A stretch of 62,412 bases of DNA, the filler included, from Pirum gemmata (lineage: Eukaryota), in the NCBI GenBank assembly GCA_002812295.1. It is 17 parts of 17 records of this genome, joined end to end, with 100 filler letters (N's around TTAATTAATTAA, not from the genome) between each part and the next. Parts side by side here need not be neighbours in the genome. Positions count along the whole stretch, not along the records: positions 35,825 to 41,474 come from PDIN01002627.1; positions 41,575 to 44,883 come from PDIN01002628.1; positions 44,984 to 48,376 come from PDIN01002629.1; positions 48,477 to 51,867 come from PDIN01002630.1; 13 more parts are not named here. One strand, 5' to 3'. The notes under the pieces are model-generated. The model did no database searches. It was not told the origin of the DNA and saw nothing but the letters and a program-made list of their open reading frames with translations. Shown one piece after another: positions 38,173-49,293 of this stretch. Positions within the stretch are counted from its first letter, which is position 1, and each line of letters begins with the position of its first letter. A program made the translations under genes and the position numbers.

Positions 38173-41100
38173 ATGTTTGTTTTATCATTATTTGGGTTAC
38201 TCGCTTTGGCGGGAACATCAGTCAATTATGTACATGCAAATGATGCAAATGCGAAGTGTGAATTTTTTTTAGCCGATATTTATTTTCTTTACGATAAAAG
38301 TGGTAGTATTGGTTCTCATGAGAGATTTAATAAAATGACAACGTTTTCCACTAAAATCTTAACACACTTGGAAAAGAAAGCCAAGTATGGTATTAATGGA
38401 CTTAATGTTGGTTGGGGAAGTTTTGGCAGTAATTTCAACCCAGCACAAGGAAGTAATACGCACGGAGCTCTTTGGCGAAAGTCAGACCCTAAAAACGACA
38501 TTATAAGAGAATATTATAACAATATGGGAGGTACCGCACTCGGAAACGCAATGACTTATATTAACAAGTACGTATTTACAAACAACCGTCCTGGAGCAAC
38601 CAAAATTTTATTTATTTTCACTGATGGTGCGGCTAATAGCTACCACGCAGTTACCACGGCTTATGCACAGTTGAGAAATAGTAACGTGATGGTTTTTTCT
38701 GTTGGTATTGGTAACCTTAATATAAACGGCTTAAAGAATATTGTCGGGGGGGATAAAAACCGAGTATTAAAAGTCGCTGACTTTAATTCTCTGGATAATT
38801 TAGCAACATTAAAATCAGCTGTGAATAAACTTTGTGAAGGAGCGTGTGAATGGCAGAAACCGGCTTTTGGCACCTGTACTGCTAGTTGTTTCCCTTTCCC
38901 TAGGTTAGCGCAACCTAAGATAGTTACAGGTGAACAAAGAGCTACGATAACAATGATTGATCCACGACAGCTTTGTAAAAATTTAAATTCTAAACCAAGA
39001 ACAGTAACAAATCCTTGTACACGTACTTGTAAAGCTACGTGCATCAGGAGGCCAACAAACTGCAAAATAGAAGATAGTACCCGCTGCCACTCCCCACCTT
39101 GGAGACCATGTACAAAGTGCGATCCAGGATATGAAGTTGTTAACCACATGTGTGTACCCAAAAAGTGTTCTGAAATAAAGTTTGGTATAGTAAGCGCTAC
39201 TGGTACTGACGTGATTAGCGGGTGCACATGCCCAGCAGGTCATTATGGTGGAAGAATCCAAAGAGATCCAAATAATGATTACAGTAGAGCATGCACAAAA
39301 TGTACTAGAAAACCACCGAATTGTATAACTGAGGATAATGTCAATTGTTTTGATAAAAACACCAAAAAATGTATAATTTGCGAAGCAGGTTACAAAGTCA
39401 ACGCCCTTACCGGTAAATGTGAAAAAGTACCATGTCCTCAAATCGATTTTATCATACCAGGCTCAACCATTGCTGGACCCGGATGTAAATGTCAAAACGG
39501 TTACAAAAATACTATTCAGCCTGTAGTTGGTGGTCGATACTACAAGGGACAGTGTTCTCCAATCGAATGTGCCTCACTTGGAGTAAGTGTTGCCACTGGT
39601 GGAAATGTTCATTCTGATTGCACTTGTAATTCAGCGAAAGGTTACAAAATGAAACTTGGCAAAATTAAGGCCGTGGAAGCTAAGGAAAATGGAGCTACAA
39701 ATAATTGCGAAAAATGCCAGGTGGACAGTTCGCAAACAAAGTGTCATACTTTTGATAAAAACACTTGTACAGCCACTAACAAACAAGAATGCAAGAAGTG
39801 CAAAGCGGGTTACATACTAGAGAATAATGTTTGTAAGGAAGTTGGATGCCCGAAAGGAACAGAAAACCATGGACGAGAAAACGTTAGTGACACTCCAGGC
39901 ATAGCAGGTACTGAGGCTTGTGGCGGTTGTGATAGTTTAAGAGGTTACGATACAACTACACATGTGAAGAAAGCATTCTATACCGGGTTTTCAGGTGGTT
40001 GCGGAAAATGTCCAAGTAGAGTCATTAATAACTGTACTAAGATAGCAGAGGAATGTGTAAATGGAAGACTAATGTGTGAAAAGTGTGACACGGGATATAA
40101 AGTAAGTTCGGGAGATTGTATCGATATAGATGAATGTACAGCAGCCAATCCATGTAAAAATGGGAGACATTGTGTTAATAATGAAGGGGGTTACGTTTGT
40201 GGCAATTGTCCAGAAGATTACCAAAAAAATGATGGTCTTCATGGATGTAAGGAATGCAAGGACATAATTGCCAACTGCGACACTCACAAAAAGGAATGTA
40301 CAGTGACAAATAAGACTGATGATAGTGACATGTCTAATAGCTGCTCAGGTGGGTGTAAAAAAGGGTACGAATGGAGAAACAATAAATGTGAAGATGTTAA
40401 TGAATGCAAGCCACTCCTTAACCCATGTAAAGACGGTCGTCAATGTGAAAACGAAATAGGAAACTTTTATTGTGAGCCTTGCACTGGCCACGAGGTTGAT
40501 CTTAATGCTACGCATTGTAAAAAATGTGCTAAAGTTCCCAATTGTAAAACAGAAGGTGCAGGATGTGATGCGAATGATAACATAGTATGTGACATTTGCG
40601 AGGAAGGTTATAAAAAAGTTGGCAATGAGTGCAAAGACATCAACGAATGTACTGAAGGTGTAGATGGTGATACTTCTAATAAGGCGTGTCGTGGTAACCG
40701 TAAATGTGTTAATAACATTGGGATAAAAGTAGACCAACCAGGATTTAAATGTGAAAGTTGTACAGGCGCGTTTGCTAACGATGGAGACAGGGATTGCAAA
40801 GCTTGTTCAGACCCTATTGTTAAAGATACTGGTTGTGCCGAGTATTCAGAGAGGTGCGTTGATGTTGGGAACGGTATTGAGAAGTTTTGTGGAAAGTGTA
40901 AGCCAGGGTTCAAAATCGATTTAGGTACCAATAGATGCGTAGATGTGAACGAGTGCGAGGACCCTACATTAAAAATGAAATGCCACGAGAAACGAACCTG
41001 TGAAAACACGCCAGGTTCATATGACTGTCTTGATTGCGAATTGGGTTACATTAATAATGGGGAGTATTCTTGTTCCAAGTGCGAATATAATGATGAGCAT

Positions 41101-41469
41101 TGTCAAGAATTTCACCCATGCTTGTTGAATAACACAAAACCTAGTTGCAGCACTTGTAACCCTGGTTATGTAGCTGATCCCAATGGAGTTTGCAAGGAAG
41201 ATACTAAAAATGAACCTGAAGCGGTTAATGTTGACGCTCCTGATAAAAAAAGTAATAGTGTAGCAGCAATTGCAGGTGGTGCAGCCGCTGGGGCAGCCGC
41301 CTTAGTCGGTGCAGGTTTGATTGGTTACAAAGTTTACAACATGAAACAGGCAGTGGATCTTTTAGAAGCCGAAAAGAATGCTTACTTGGGTGCGGGTGAT
41401 GCTGGTTCAAATCCAATGTTTAACAGTGGAGAACAACTAGTTGAAAACGCAATGGCTTCTTCTACTTAA
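38173..41469 (+). CDS. Type I membrane adhesin: signal peptide, VWA (MIDAS), TSP1-like module, Cys-rich and Ca-binding EGF repeats, TM, short NPxF tail
   Basis: DIYFLYDKSGS (DxSxS), GGTALG, FTDG; CEWQKPAFGTCTASC; DIDEC, DVNEC, DINEC EGF starts; TM AAIAGGAAAGAAALVGAGLIGY; tail SNPMF. Confidence 0.9.
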   Translation: MFVLSLFGLLALAGTSVNYVHANDANAKCEFFLADIYFLYDKSGSIGSHERFNKMTTFSTKILTHLEKKAKYGINGLNVGWGSFGSNFNPAQGSNTHGALWRKSDPKNDIIREYYNNMGGTALGNAMTYINKYVFTNNRPGATKILFIFTDGAANSYHAVTTAYAQLRNSNVMVFSVGIGNLNINGLKNIVGGDKNRVLKVADFNSLDNLATLKSAVNKLCEGACEWQKPAFGTCTASCFPFPRLAQPKIVTGEQRATITMIDPRQLCKNLNSKPRTVTNPCTRTCKATCIRRPTNCKIEDSTRCHSPPWRPCTKCDPGYEVVNHMCVPKKCSEIKFGIVSATGTDVISGCTCPAGHYGGRIQRDPNNDYSRACTKCTRKPPNCITEDNVNCFDKNTKKCIICEAGYKVNALTGKCEKVPCPQIDFIIPGSTIAGPGCKCQNGYKNTIQPVVGGRYYKGQCSPIECASLGVSVATGGNVHSDCTCNSAKGYKMKLGKIKAVEAKENGATNNCEKCQVDSSQTKCHTFDKNTCTATNKQECKKCKAGYILENNVCKEVGCPKGTENHGRENVSDTPGIAGTEACGGCDSLRGYDTTTHVKKAFYTGFSGGCGKCPSRVINNCTKIAEECVNGRLMCEKCDTGYKVSSGDCIDIDECTAANPCKNGRHCVNNEGGYVCGNCPEDYQKNDGLHGCKECKDIIANCDTHKKECTVTNKTDDSDMSNSCSGGCKKGYEWRNNKCEDVNECKPLLNPCKDGRQCENEIGNFYCEPCTGHEVDLNATHCKKCAKVPNCKTEGAGCDANDNIVCDICEEGYKKVGNECKDINECTEGVDGDTSNKACRGNRKCVNNIGIKVDQPGFKCESCTGAFANDGDRDCKACSDPIVKDTGCAEYSERCVDVGNGIEKFCGKCKPGFKIDLGTNRCVDVNECEDPTLKMKCHEKRTCENTPGSYDCLDCELGYINNGEYSCSKCEYNDEHCQEFHPCLLNNTKPSCSTCNPGYVADPNGVCKEDTKNEPEAVNVDAPDKKSNSVAAIAGGAAAGAAALVGAGLIGYKVYNMKQAVDLLEAEKNAYLGAGDAGSNPMFNSGEQLVENAMASST

Positions 41470-42097
41470 CTCAANNNNNNNNNNNNNNNNNNNNNNNNNN
41501 NNNNNNNNNNNNNNNNNNTTAATTAATTAANNNNNNNNNNNNNNNNNNNNNNNNNNNNNNNNNNNNNNNNNNNNAGATAATAAAATATACCAAATTAAAG
41601 CAAATGGATTTATATTGTATTAATTTGGCACAATTTATTGTATATTTTATAAACAGCTGAAATTTTTTAAGCACTATTACTACCCTACAAAATCCTACAA
41701 TCCTAGATCCTAAAATCTGCCTACTTTTGGGTTTCGCTATTATGAAATTTATGTCTATAGGAATCTATAGGGATCATCCAAATAAACGACTATATTTCTA
41801 TTTCTTCACCTGTGATAATCTTTAAAAAATACCAGTTCTTCTTACCTATGCCTCTTTGTCTAAAACTCTTTTGGTCATAATTTTAAAGTTCATTTTAATA
41901 ATTAATTGCTGCTTTTAAAACAGTTGAAGTCACGCTTTCGAGCAATGACTTCTCGAAGTATCATACCAAAGAAAAAAGCGACGAATATCCACTTGTGTAA
42001 CAGTGTAAACACGTAAATAGATCCTACTCCGGATTTAGAATAAATATAGACTACAGATCAAAAACAAAAAGTATCGTAGGAACTAAGGAACTTACTC

Positions 42098-42481
42098 AAA
42101 CCCTAACCCTAACCCTAACCCTAACCCTAACCCTAACCCTAACCCTAACCCTAACCCTAACCCTAACCCTAACCCTAACCCTAACCCTAACCCTAACCCN
42201 NNNNNNNNNNNNNNNNNNNNNNNNNNNNNNNNNNNNNNNNNNNNNNNNNNNNNNNNNNNNNNNNNNNNNNNNNNNNNNNNNNNNNNNNNNNNNNNNNNNN
42301 NNNNNNNNNNNNNNNNNNNNNNNNNNNNNNNNNNNNNNNNNNNNNNNNNNNNNNNNNNNNNNNNNNNNNNNNNNNNNNCCATAACCCTAACCCTAACCCT
42401 AACCCTAACCCTAACCTTAACCCTAACCCTAACCCTAACCCTAACCCTAACCCTAACCCTAACCCTAACCCTAACCCTAAC
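42098..42481. repeat. Interstitial (CCCTAA)n array spanning a scaffold gap
   Basis: Directly visible. Confidence 0.9.
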
Positions 42482-43311
42482 TAGGAAGTTTCCAGGCAGA
42501 AACAGTTTCTGGTTTGGAATCATCCATAAAAAGGACGTCGTCACCTATTATTAAATATTTTTGGTCATAATTTTAATTAAAGTTCATTTTATTAATAATT
42601 ATCATATCGTCTATTTCATTACAGTTGTCTTTTCTATCTTTAATTTGGTACCGTTTGGTATAATTGAACTTTTTTATAAATATAAAATTACTATAGAAAA
42701 TATCAAATTAATTAAAACATGCAAAATAAATTTAGTTTACACTAATTCTGCAAAAGCTGTTCTGCAATGTATAGACCCGGGTCTATGCTAACTAAAACTT
42801 GATATAAATTTACACTAGTTAGCTAGTATAAGGAGGGGTGAGAACCCTTATGGCGAACTTTTTTGACCGAGGCACAAATTAAAGTAAATGTTGTTCGCCT
42901 GTTTCGCCTTACCATATTTAGTATTTGTAATTATTTATTTAGTAGCTACTTATTTAAATAGTTACTTTAAAAAGAGTTTATTATACTATTTATAGTAACT
43001 TTAGGCAAATTTCTGGAAGTTCGCCGGTCCGAGCATCCAATTGGTAAGATGACGTCATCTCATNNNNNNNNNNNNNNNNNNNNNNNNNNNNNNNNNNNNN
43101 NNNNNNNNNNNNNNNNNNNNTTATTTGGTTGGTTATAATATTTAATTTGATGTTTTTAAATTAATAAATAGATAATAAAATATACCAAATTAAAAGAAAT
43201 GGATTTATACAGTATTAATTTGGTACTCTTTATTGTATATTTTATGATGACAAAACTAGCTAGATCTATGCTAGACTATGATAAAATAAATTATTTACAA
43301 TGTATGCATGT

Positions 43312-43539
43312 AGTAGGGGTGAGATGACGTCATTTTATTATTACCGAACGGCTGAACTTTTCCAATTTTTATAGTTTTATTACTATTTATATTAATATTA
43401 TTACTTTATTTGGTATCTACTATATTAAATTTACTATTTTAAGCTATTTAACGGCTATTATTAGTAAAGAACACGGAACTAAGGTTGGCTCGATAAGCAT
43501 ATGTTCGAAAAAAGTTCCAGTAGATATCTCACCCCTACT
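43312..43539 (+). mobile_element. MITE family B2 (TIR AGTAGGGGTGAGAT) with target-site duplication; partial reverse copy 44748-44883
   Basis: Perfect 14-bp TIR; ATGCATGT at 43304-43311 and 43540-43547 (8-bp TSD, hAT-like; 6 bp if the TIR is read one base longer). Confidence 0.88.
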
Positions 43540-43860
43540 ATGCATGTTGAGAAAGGGCAACATTTATTTTCCAAATAAAGTACAAATATTCTTTCTTAAT
43601 AAAGTATATACCGGTATATTATTGTGTATTATATCCATTCTTAATAATCTTAATAATAGTATATAGGTCTACATCAGTTCTACATCCTTTCTTAATCGAT
43701 ATACTTTCTTAATAATAAAGTATACATATCCTTTCTTAATAAAGTATATTATATCCTTTCTTATAAATGACAGAAATGACAGAAATGACAGAAAGGGTAT
43801 TATAATGGATATATATGATACTAGACACTACTAGACTAGCTATTCTAATAGTGTATTCAT

Positions 43861-44015
43861 AACCCTAACAGTACCCTAACCCTAACCCTAACCCTAACCT
43901 TAACCCTAACCCTAACCCTAACCCTAACCCTAACCCTAACCCTAACCCTAACCCTAACCCTAACCCTAACCCTAACCCTAACCCTAACCCTAACCCTAAC
44001 CCTAACCCTAACCCT
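43861..44015. repeat. Interstitial (CCCTAA)n array
   Basis: About 24 units, ungapped, unique flanks. Confidence 0.95.
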
Positions 44016-44349
44016 GAACCTTATTCCATTTATTTTGTCACTTAGATTATTTATTTGGTACTTTTAAGTTTATAAACGTGGTTAACGTTATTTTAAATTG
44101 AAATATACCTTATTAAACACGCCAAGTTAATAAATAATTAAATTGTATCAAATAAATTTAATATAATACTATCACCTTGGTTTTTATTACTGCGTATTCT
44201 ATTATTAATATGATTAAATAATTGAAAAGCACGACACCAGAAGTTGTATTAATAACCTTAGCCTGCACCTGCCTATATGGTGGACGAAACTTTTGGGTCA
44301 AATTTTGTGGGTAAATTGTATGATATTCCAACTATAATATATTATAATA

Positions 44350-44397
44350 TCGTGCTTTTCATTTAGTTTGACATAACAACACAACTGAAAAGCACTA
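44350..44397. mobile_element. 48-bp minimal derivative of family A (two TIRs only)
   Basis: TCGTGCTTTTCA..TGAAAAGCACTA. Confidence 0.7.
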
Positions 44398-44983
44398 GAG
44401 TACTAGTAATGGTCGTAATTCTTCTAATAGTATTATATCGATAAGATTATGAACTTGGTCAACTTTATTGTGGTTGGTACTTTGTTTGGTACTTTGTTTG
44501 GTGGTTTTATAGTGCTTTTCATTTGTTTTCTCATCTGTTGAGGTGTTACTATATTTGGTATTTATATATACATATATGGCATGTATATATGTTATTATAG
44601 TTTATGATTGTAGAGTTGTTATCATACGTTTATGTCGTTATTTTGGTTGATATAAAATTAAAAGTGTCAATTTAAAGATTATAACCCTCCAAATAAATAT
44701 TCAGAATGACAAAATAAATGATTTAGTTTTACCTCCCAGATATCAACAGTAGGGGTGAGATATCTACAGGAACTTTTTTCGAACAGATGCTTATCGAGCC
44801 AACCTTAGTTACGTGTTTCTTACTAATAATAACAGTTAAATAGCTTAAAATAGTAAATCTAATTATAGTAGATACCAATTAAANNNNNNNNNNNNNNNNN
44901 NNNNNNNNNNNNNNNNNNNNNNNNNNNTTAATTAATTAANNNNNNNNNNNNNNNNNNNNNNNNNNNNNNNNNNNNNNNNNNNN

Positions 44984-46614
44984 ATAATAATAATAATAAT
45001 AATAATAATAGTGTAAGTCGAAAAAATAGTTTATTTAATACAAAATTCAATAGTACGGTTGGACTAGATTCTCCTCCTATCGATTTTTGTAATGTTAATG
45101 TTGATGATTGTGATGATTTAGAAATAAGTAGCGAAAACGAATCATACCACGAACACGAACTAGAAGAGGAAGAGAGTGATATTGTAAGTACTGAAAAATT
45201 ACAATTTAATAAAGAAGAAAAAAGTATTTATGAACATAAACCTTTAAGAGCAAGTGTCAGTGTCGAGTTACGCCGTGTGCATTCTATCCCCAACAATTTT
45301 ACTTACAACAATGATAGCTATACCTATAAAAGAAGCAGTGTTATTAGTAAGAGAAGTGAGGTGCACTCTAGTGATATTTTCACTACTTCAAATGGCAATT
45401 TAGCTGGATATTTTGAGAAACAAGGATCTTTGGTTAAAAACTGGCAAAGAAGATGTTTTATTGTAGACTCAAAAACAAAAGAACTACGATACTATACTGA
45501 CAATACCTTCACAAACTGTAAAGGCGTTATAAATCTTAAAAATATGACAGATATATGTTCTATTACCCCTCGTGAGTTTGAAAATCTTAATAATTATCAA
45601 AAGAATGATGCCCAAATTAAACCATTGAAAATTTCCTTGTCAACAAGTAATTTCGATTCACACACATTAAGTTTTACTACACCAACTACGTCCCGTGTCA
45701 GAAATACACGAACTTGTTCATTGTACGATATGAAAAGTTCTGACCTAAAGAGAACCCAAACTGTGCCTTCGTTTTCAGAGGTGCCTCGATCTACCTCTTT
45801 TTCCTCTTCGTCTTACTATTTAGCCATAACACACCCCTCCAGAACATATTACTTAAAAACAAAGTCTAAATTAGTACATATTGCGTTTAAAAATGCTTTA
45901 ACTGAAATTCTATGTGATTCTGAATATATCTCGAATTACGACAAAGTAAACATCCATCAACAGCAACATAGCGGCAAGAAGCTGGTTAAAGATAACATAA
46001 CAAGCTTTGACTCTGTATTAAGAAAAAAAAGTTCTACTAGTTCGTGTACAAATTCCGAAGTACCACTTCGAAAATCAATGTCACATGTTAGCCTTAGACG
46101 TGAAAGCTGCTATTCTACTAAAAATAATGACGAGAATACTAAAATTAATGATAGTAAAAATATCGTCAGCAACCCCATTGCACCGCCTTCCAGCGATGAT
46201 GTAGATGATGAGAATGAAGAAAATGATCATCACATCAAATTTTTAGAGTGTTTTGATAAATTAGGGGATACTATACCTCTTTGGGCGCCTCGAGTAGCCT
46301 GCATTGATTCGAAAACATGGAAAATGTACATTAGTAGTTGCATTTATTCGATGCAACAAAAAAAGTACCGCCATACCATTGAGCTCGGTGATATTGTAAG
46401 CGTGTTTATTCCAGAACAATCTGATGTTAGACGTTCTCTATCCAATAACTTGTATTATCTAAAAGTTGTTCATCGTGATCCAGTTTCTTCTATAACGAAA
46501 ACTGTTATTTTACGTCATTTAGATGAAGAAATTCGTGATCGTTGGTTGAGTGCATTACAAAATGTTTGTTTACAAAAGAACTTATTCCCTGATTACTCAT
46601 ATGCATACTGGTAA
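44984..46614 (+). CDS. PH-domain protein, 5' end missing
   Basis: GYFEKQGSLVKNWQRRCFIV..LRYY..CKGVINL and RTYYLKT (split PH domain); second PH-like end EEIRDRWLSALQ; frame appears open from the contig start. Confidence 0.75.
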
Positions 46615-47796
46615 CAATAAAAGCACTTGCAACTTCTTGAAATCAAACTACTGGAAAACACTCGTTGAAAAAACAGTACTAGTTACTTGATAGACTCTGT
46701 TATGATAATACAGAACGTTATAGCTATATAATATTATTAAGTTGCATAATATAATTATAGGATAATAACATTATAGTTGTTTATAATATTATAATAAAAA
46801 CAGTAATAATTACACAAATCACGTGAATATTAAAAAGGTTATAATTATATAATATTATATTACATGCGACTATTATTAAAGTTACTATTATTACCATTAT
46901 ATTTATAAAGTATATATATTATTTTAATATTACTATTATATTACTATTACTATTATTACCATTATATTATAATTATATATATTAATATAATATTATATAT
47001 ACTATTGCTATTACTATTACCATTACTATTACTATTACTATTACTATTACTATTACTATTACTATTACAGTTTATAATTTATTACTATAATTACTATTAC
47101 AGTTTATAATTTATTACTATAATTACTATTACTACTACTACTACTACTTCTAGTATTACTATTACTATTACTATTACTATTACTATTAGGATATTGCTAT
47201 TGATACTATTACGATATTGATATAATTATATCGATTACTCCATTACACGCTATTAATACATATTATAATTATTACATTATAATCAACAATACTAAGTATT
47301 AGTACTATCACTTAAGTTATTAGGGCACTAGCTGGCTATAGTTCCAGTTTTTTACTGAATTTTCGTTACTATCGATATCGCTATAGCTATAATATTACTA
47401 TTAAAATATCAGTATTACTATTGCAGCTTCTATTGCTATTAATATTGCTATTAATTAATATTATTATAATATTATTATTATTAATTACTATTACTGTTAC
47501 TGTTACTGTTACTACCATTGTGACTATCATTATTACTATTACCATTACCATCCATTATTATATCATTATCATTCTGATGAATAACACTCTTTTGTTCAAC
47601 AAAACTTTAATGCCGATGACACACACCTACATGACATTGTGATAATGATAAATATATATGCATTATGATACAGGTACAACTTTTACGGGTTTATTAAAAC
47701 AGAAACTTTTAAAAAATTAAACAACTATTTTAAAAATGGAAAACTCACAAAATTTCATGCTAGCTAGGAGTTTCATGGATAAATCAATACGTTATA

Positions 47797-47828
<32 letters not shown>

Positions 47829-49075
47829 CTACTAGCTAGTACTGGTATAAATGTATTTATTTTGTCACTCCGAATATTTATTTGGTTGGTTATAATGTTA
47901 TCATATTGAAGCTGATATTTTTAAAAATGAATAAATAGATAATAAAATTTACAAAAATTAAATGAAATGGGTTTATATTATATTTTAATTTGGTACTCTT
48001 TATTGTGTATTTTTGATGACAAAACAACTGAAAAGCACGATATGCATAATAATGCGAGTACTGTGGGCACTGGATTGTGGGCGACTGGGTGCAACTACTA
48101 GCTAGCTAGAGTTTTTCTCTAGGTGAGTTTTCTAAGCATAAAAAAAGAATAATCCAATTAAAAAGATATAATAAAACTAAAATAACAAAAAATCTGGACA
48201 AATAGTGAACAAGGATAAAACATTGGCAGCTGCATTGGCAGACTATTGGCAGTCATTGGCTCTAATTGCAAAACAATAATAATAAAAAAAATTTTCTTGA
48301 GTTGCACTGTGTTGCAGCCTTGCAGGAGTGTTGCAGGAGACGTTTGAGTCTCATAACTTTTTTATTTATTTATTTANNNNNNNNNNNNNNNNNNNNNNNN
48401 NNNNNNNNNNNNNNNNNNNNTTAATTAATTAANNNNNNNNNNNNNNNNNNNNNNNNNNNNNNNNNNNNNNNNNNNNGGTTTTTGGTTTTTGGTTTTTGGT
48501 TTTTGGTATTTGGTTTTTTTGTTTTAATTGTTCAGTTTTAACTTCTTATTTTAGGGCATGTACAAAGGGGTGGGAAACCGTCAGCCTATGATAGACTCAT
48601 GGCTACAATGACGGCTTCTACAGCAGTGGAGCAAATCTTAAAAAGAACTCCAGTACGTATAATTATTACAATTACAATTACTATTACTATTACTATTACT
48701 ATTAATATTTGATATTTACTATTACTATTACTATTACTATTACTATTGCTATTACTATTAATATTAATATGAATATTATTATTTCCTATTATTATTATTA
48801 TTACTATTAATATTAATATTACTATTACTATTACTATTGATATTAATATTAATATTTACTATTATCATTTTTAGTTCTTATTCTATTACTATTACTACCT
48901 ATTACTATTACTATCACTATTACTATTAATATTACTATTAATATTTACTATTAATATTTACTATTACTATTACTGTTCTTATTACTATTACTACTATTAC
49001 TATTACTATTACTATTTCTATTATTGTTACTATTACTATTACTTTTGCTATTATTATTACCCATTATTATTATTA

Positions 49076-49119
<44 letters not shown>

Positions 49120-49171
49120 AAGAAAAAAAAGTTGAACTAAAAGTGAGAAAAGGACTAAAAATATTTTATTA

Positions 49172-49293
49172 CCATTAAGTCCATTTCCAGAAAACCATTG
49201 CGTTGTAATCATACCAAAAATACATAGTGCAACTTGGGATAAGGTTAAAATAAAAGCAAGAAGCGTCAAAAGCTTTACGCCAACAGAGCACAT
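49172..49293 (-). CDS. First exon of a claudin/PMP22-like membrane protein
   Basis: MCSVGVKLLTLLAFILTLSQVALCIFGMITTQW: one TM helix ending in TxxW, then a GTAAT donor. Confidence 0.45.

Noticed and set aside
24612..41469. Functional cluster linking the transposon, Dicer-like helicase and adhesin
   Set aside because: They lie on different contigs separated by artificial spacers.
48550..48660. Second exon of the claudin-like gene
   Set aside because: No AG acceptor at the expected place and an early stop.
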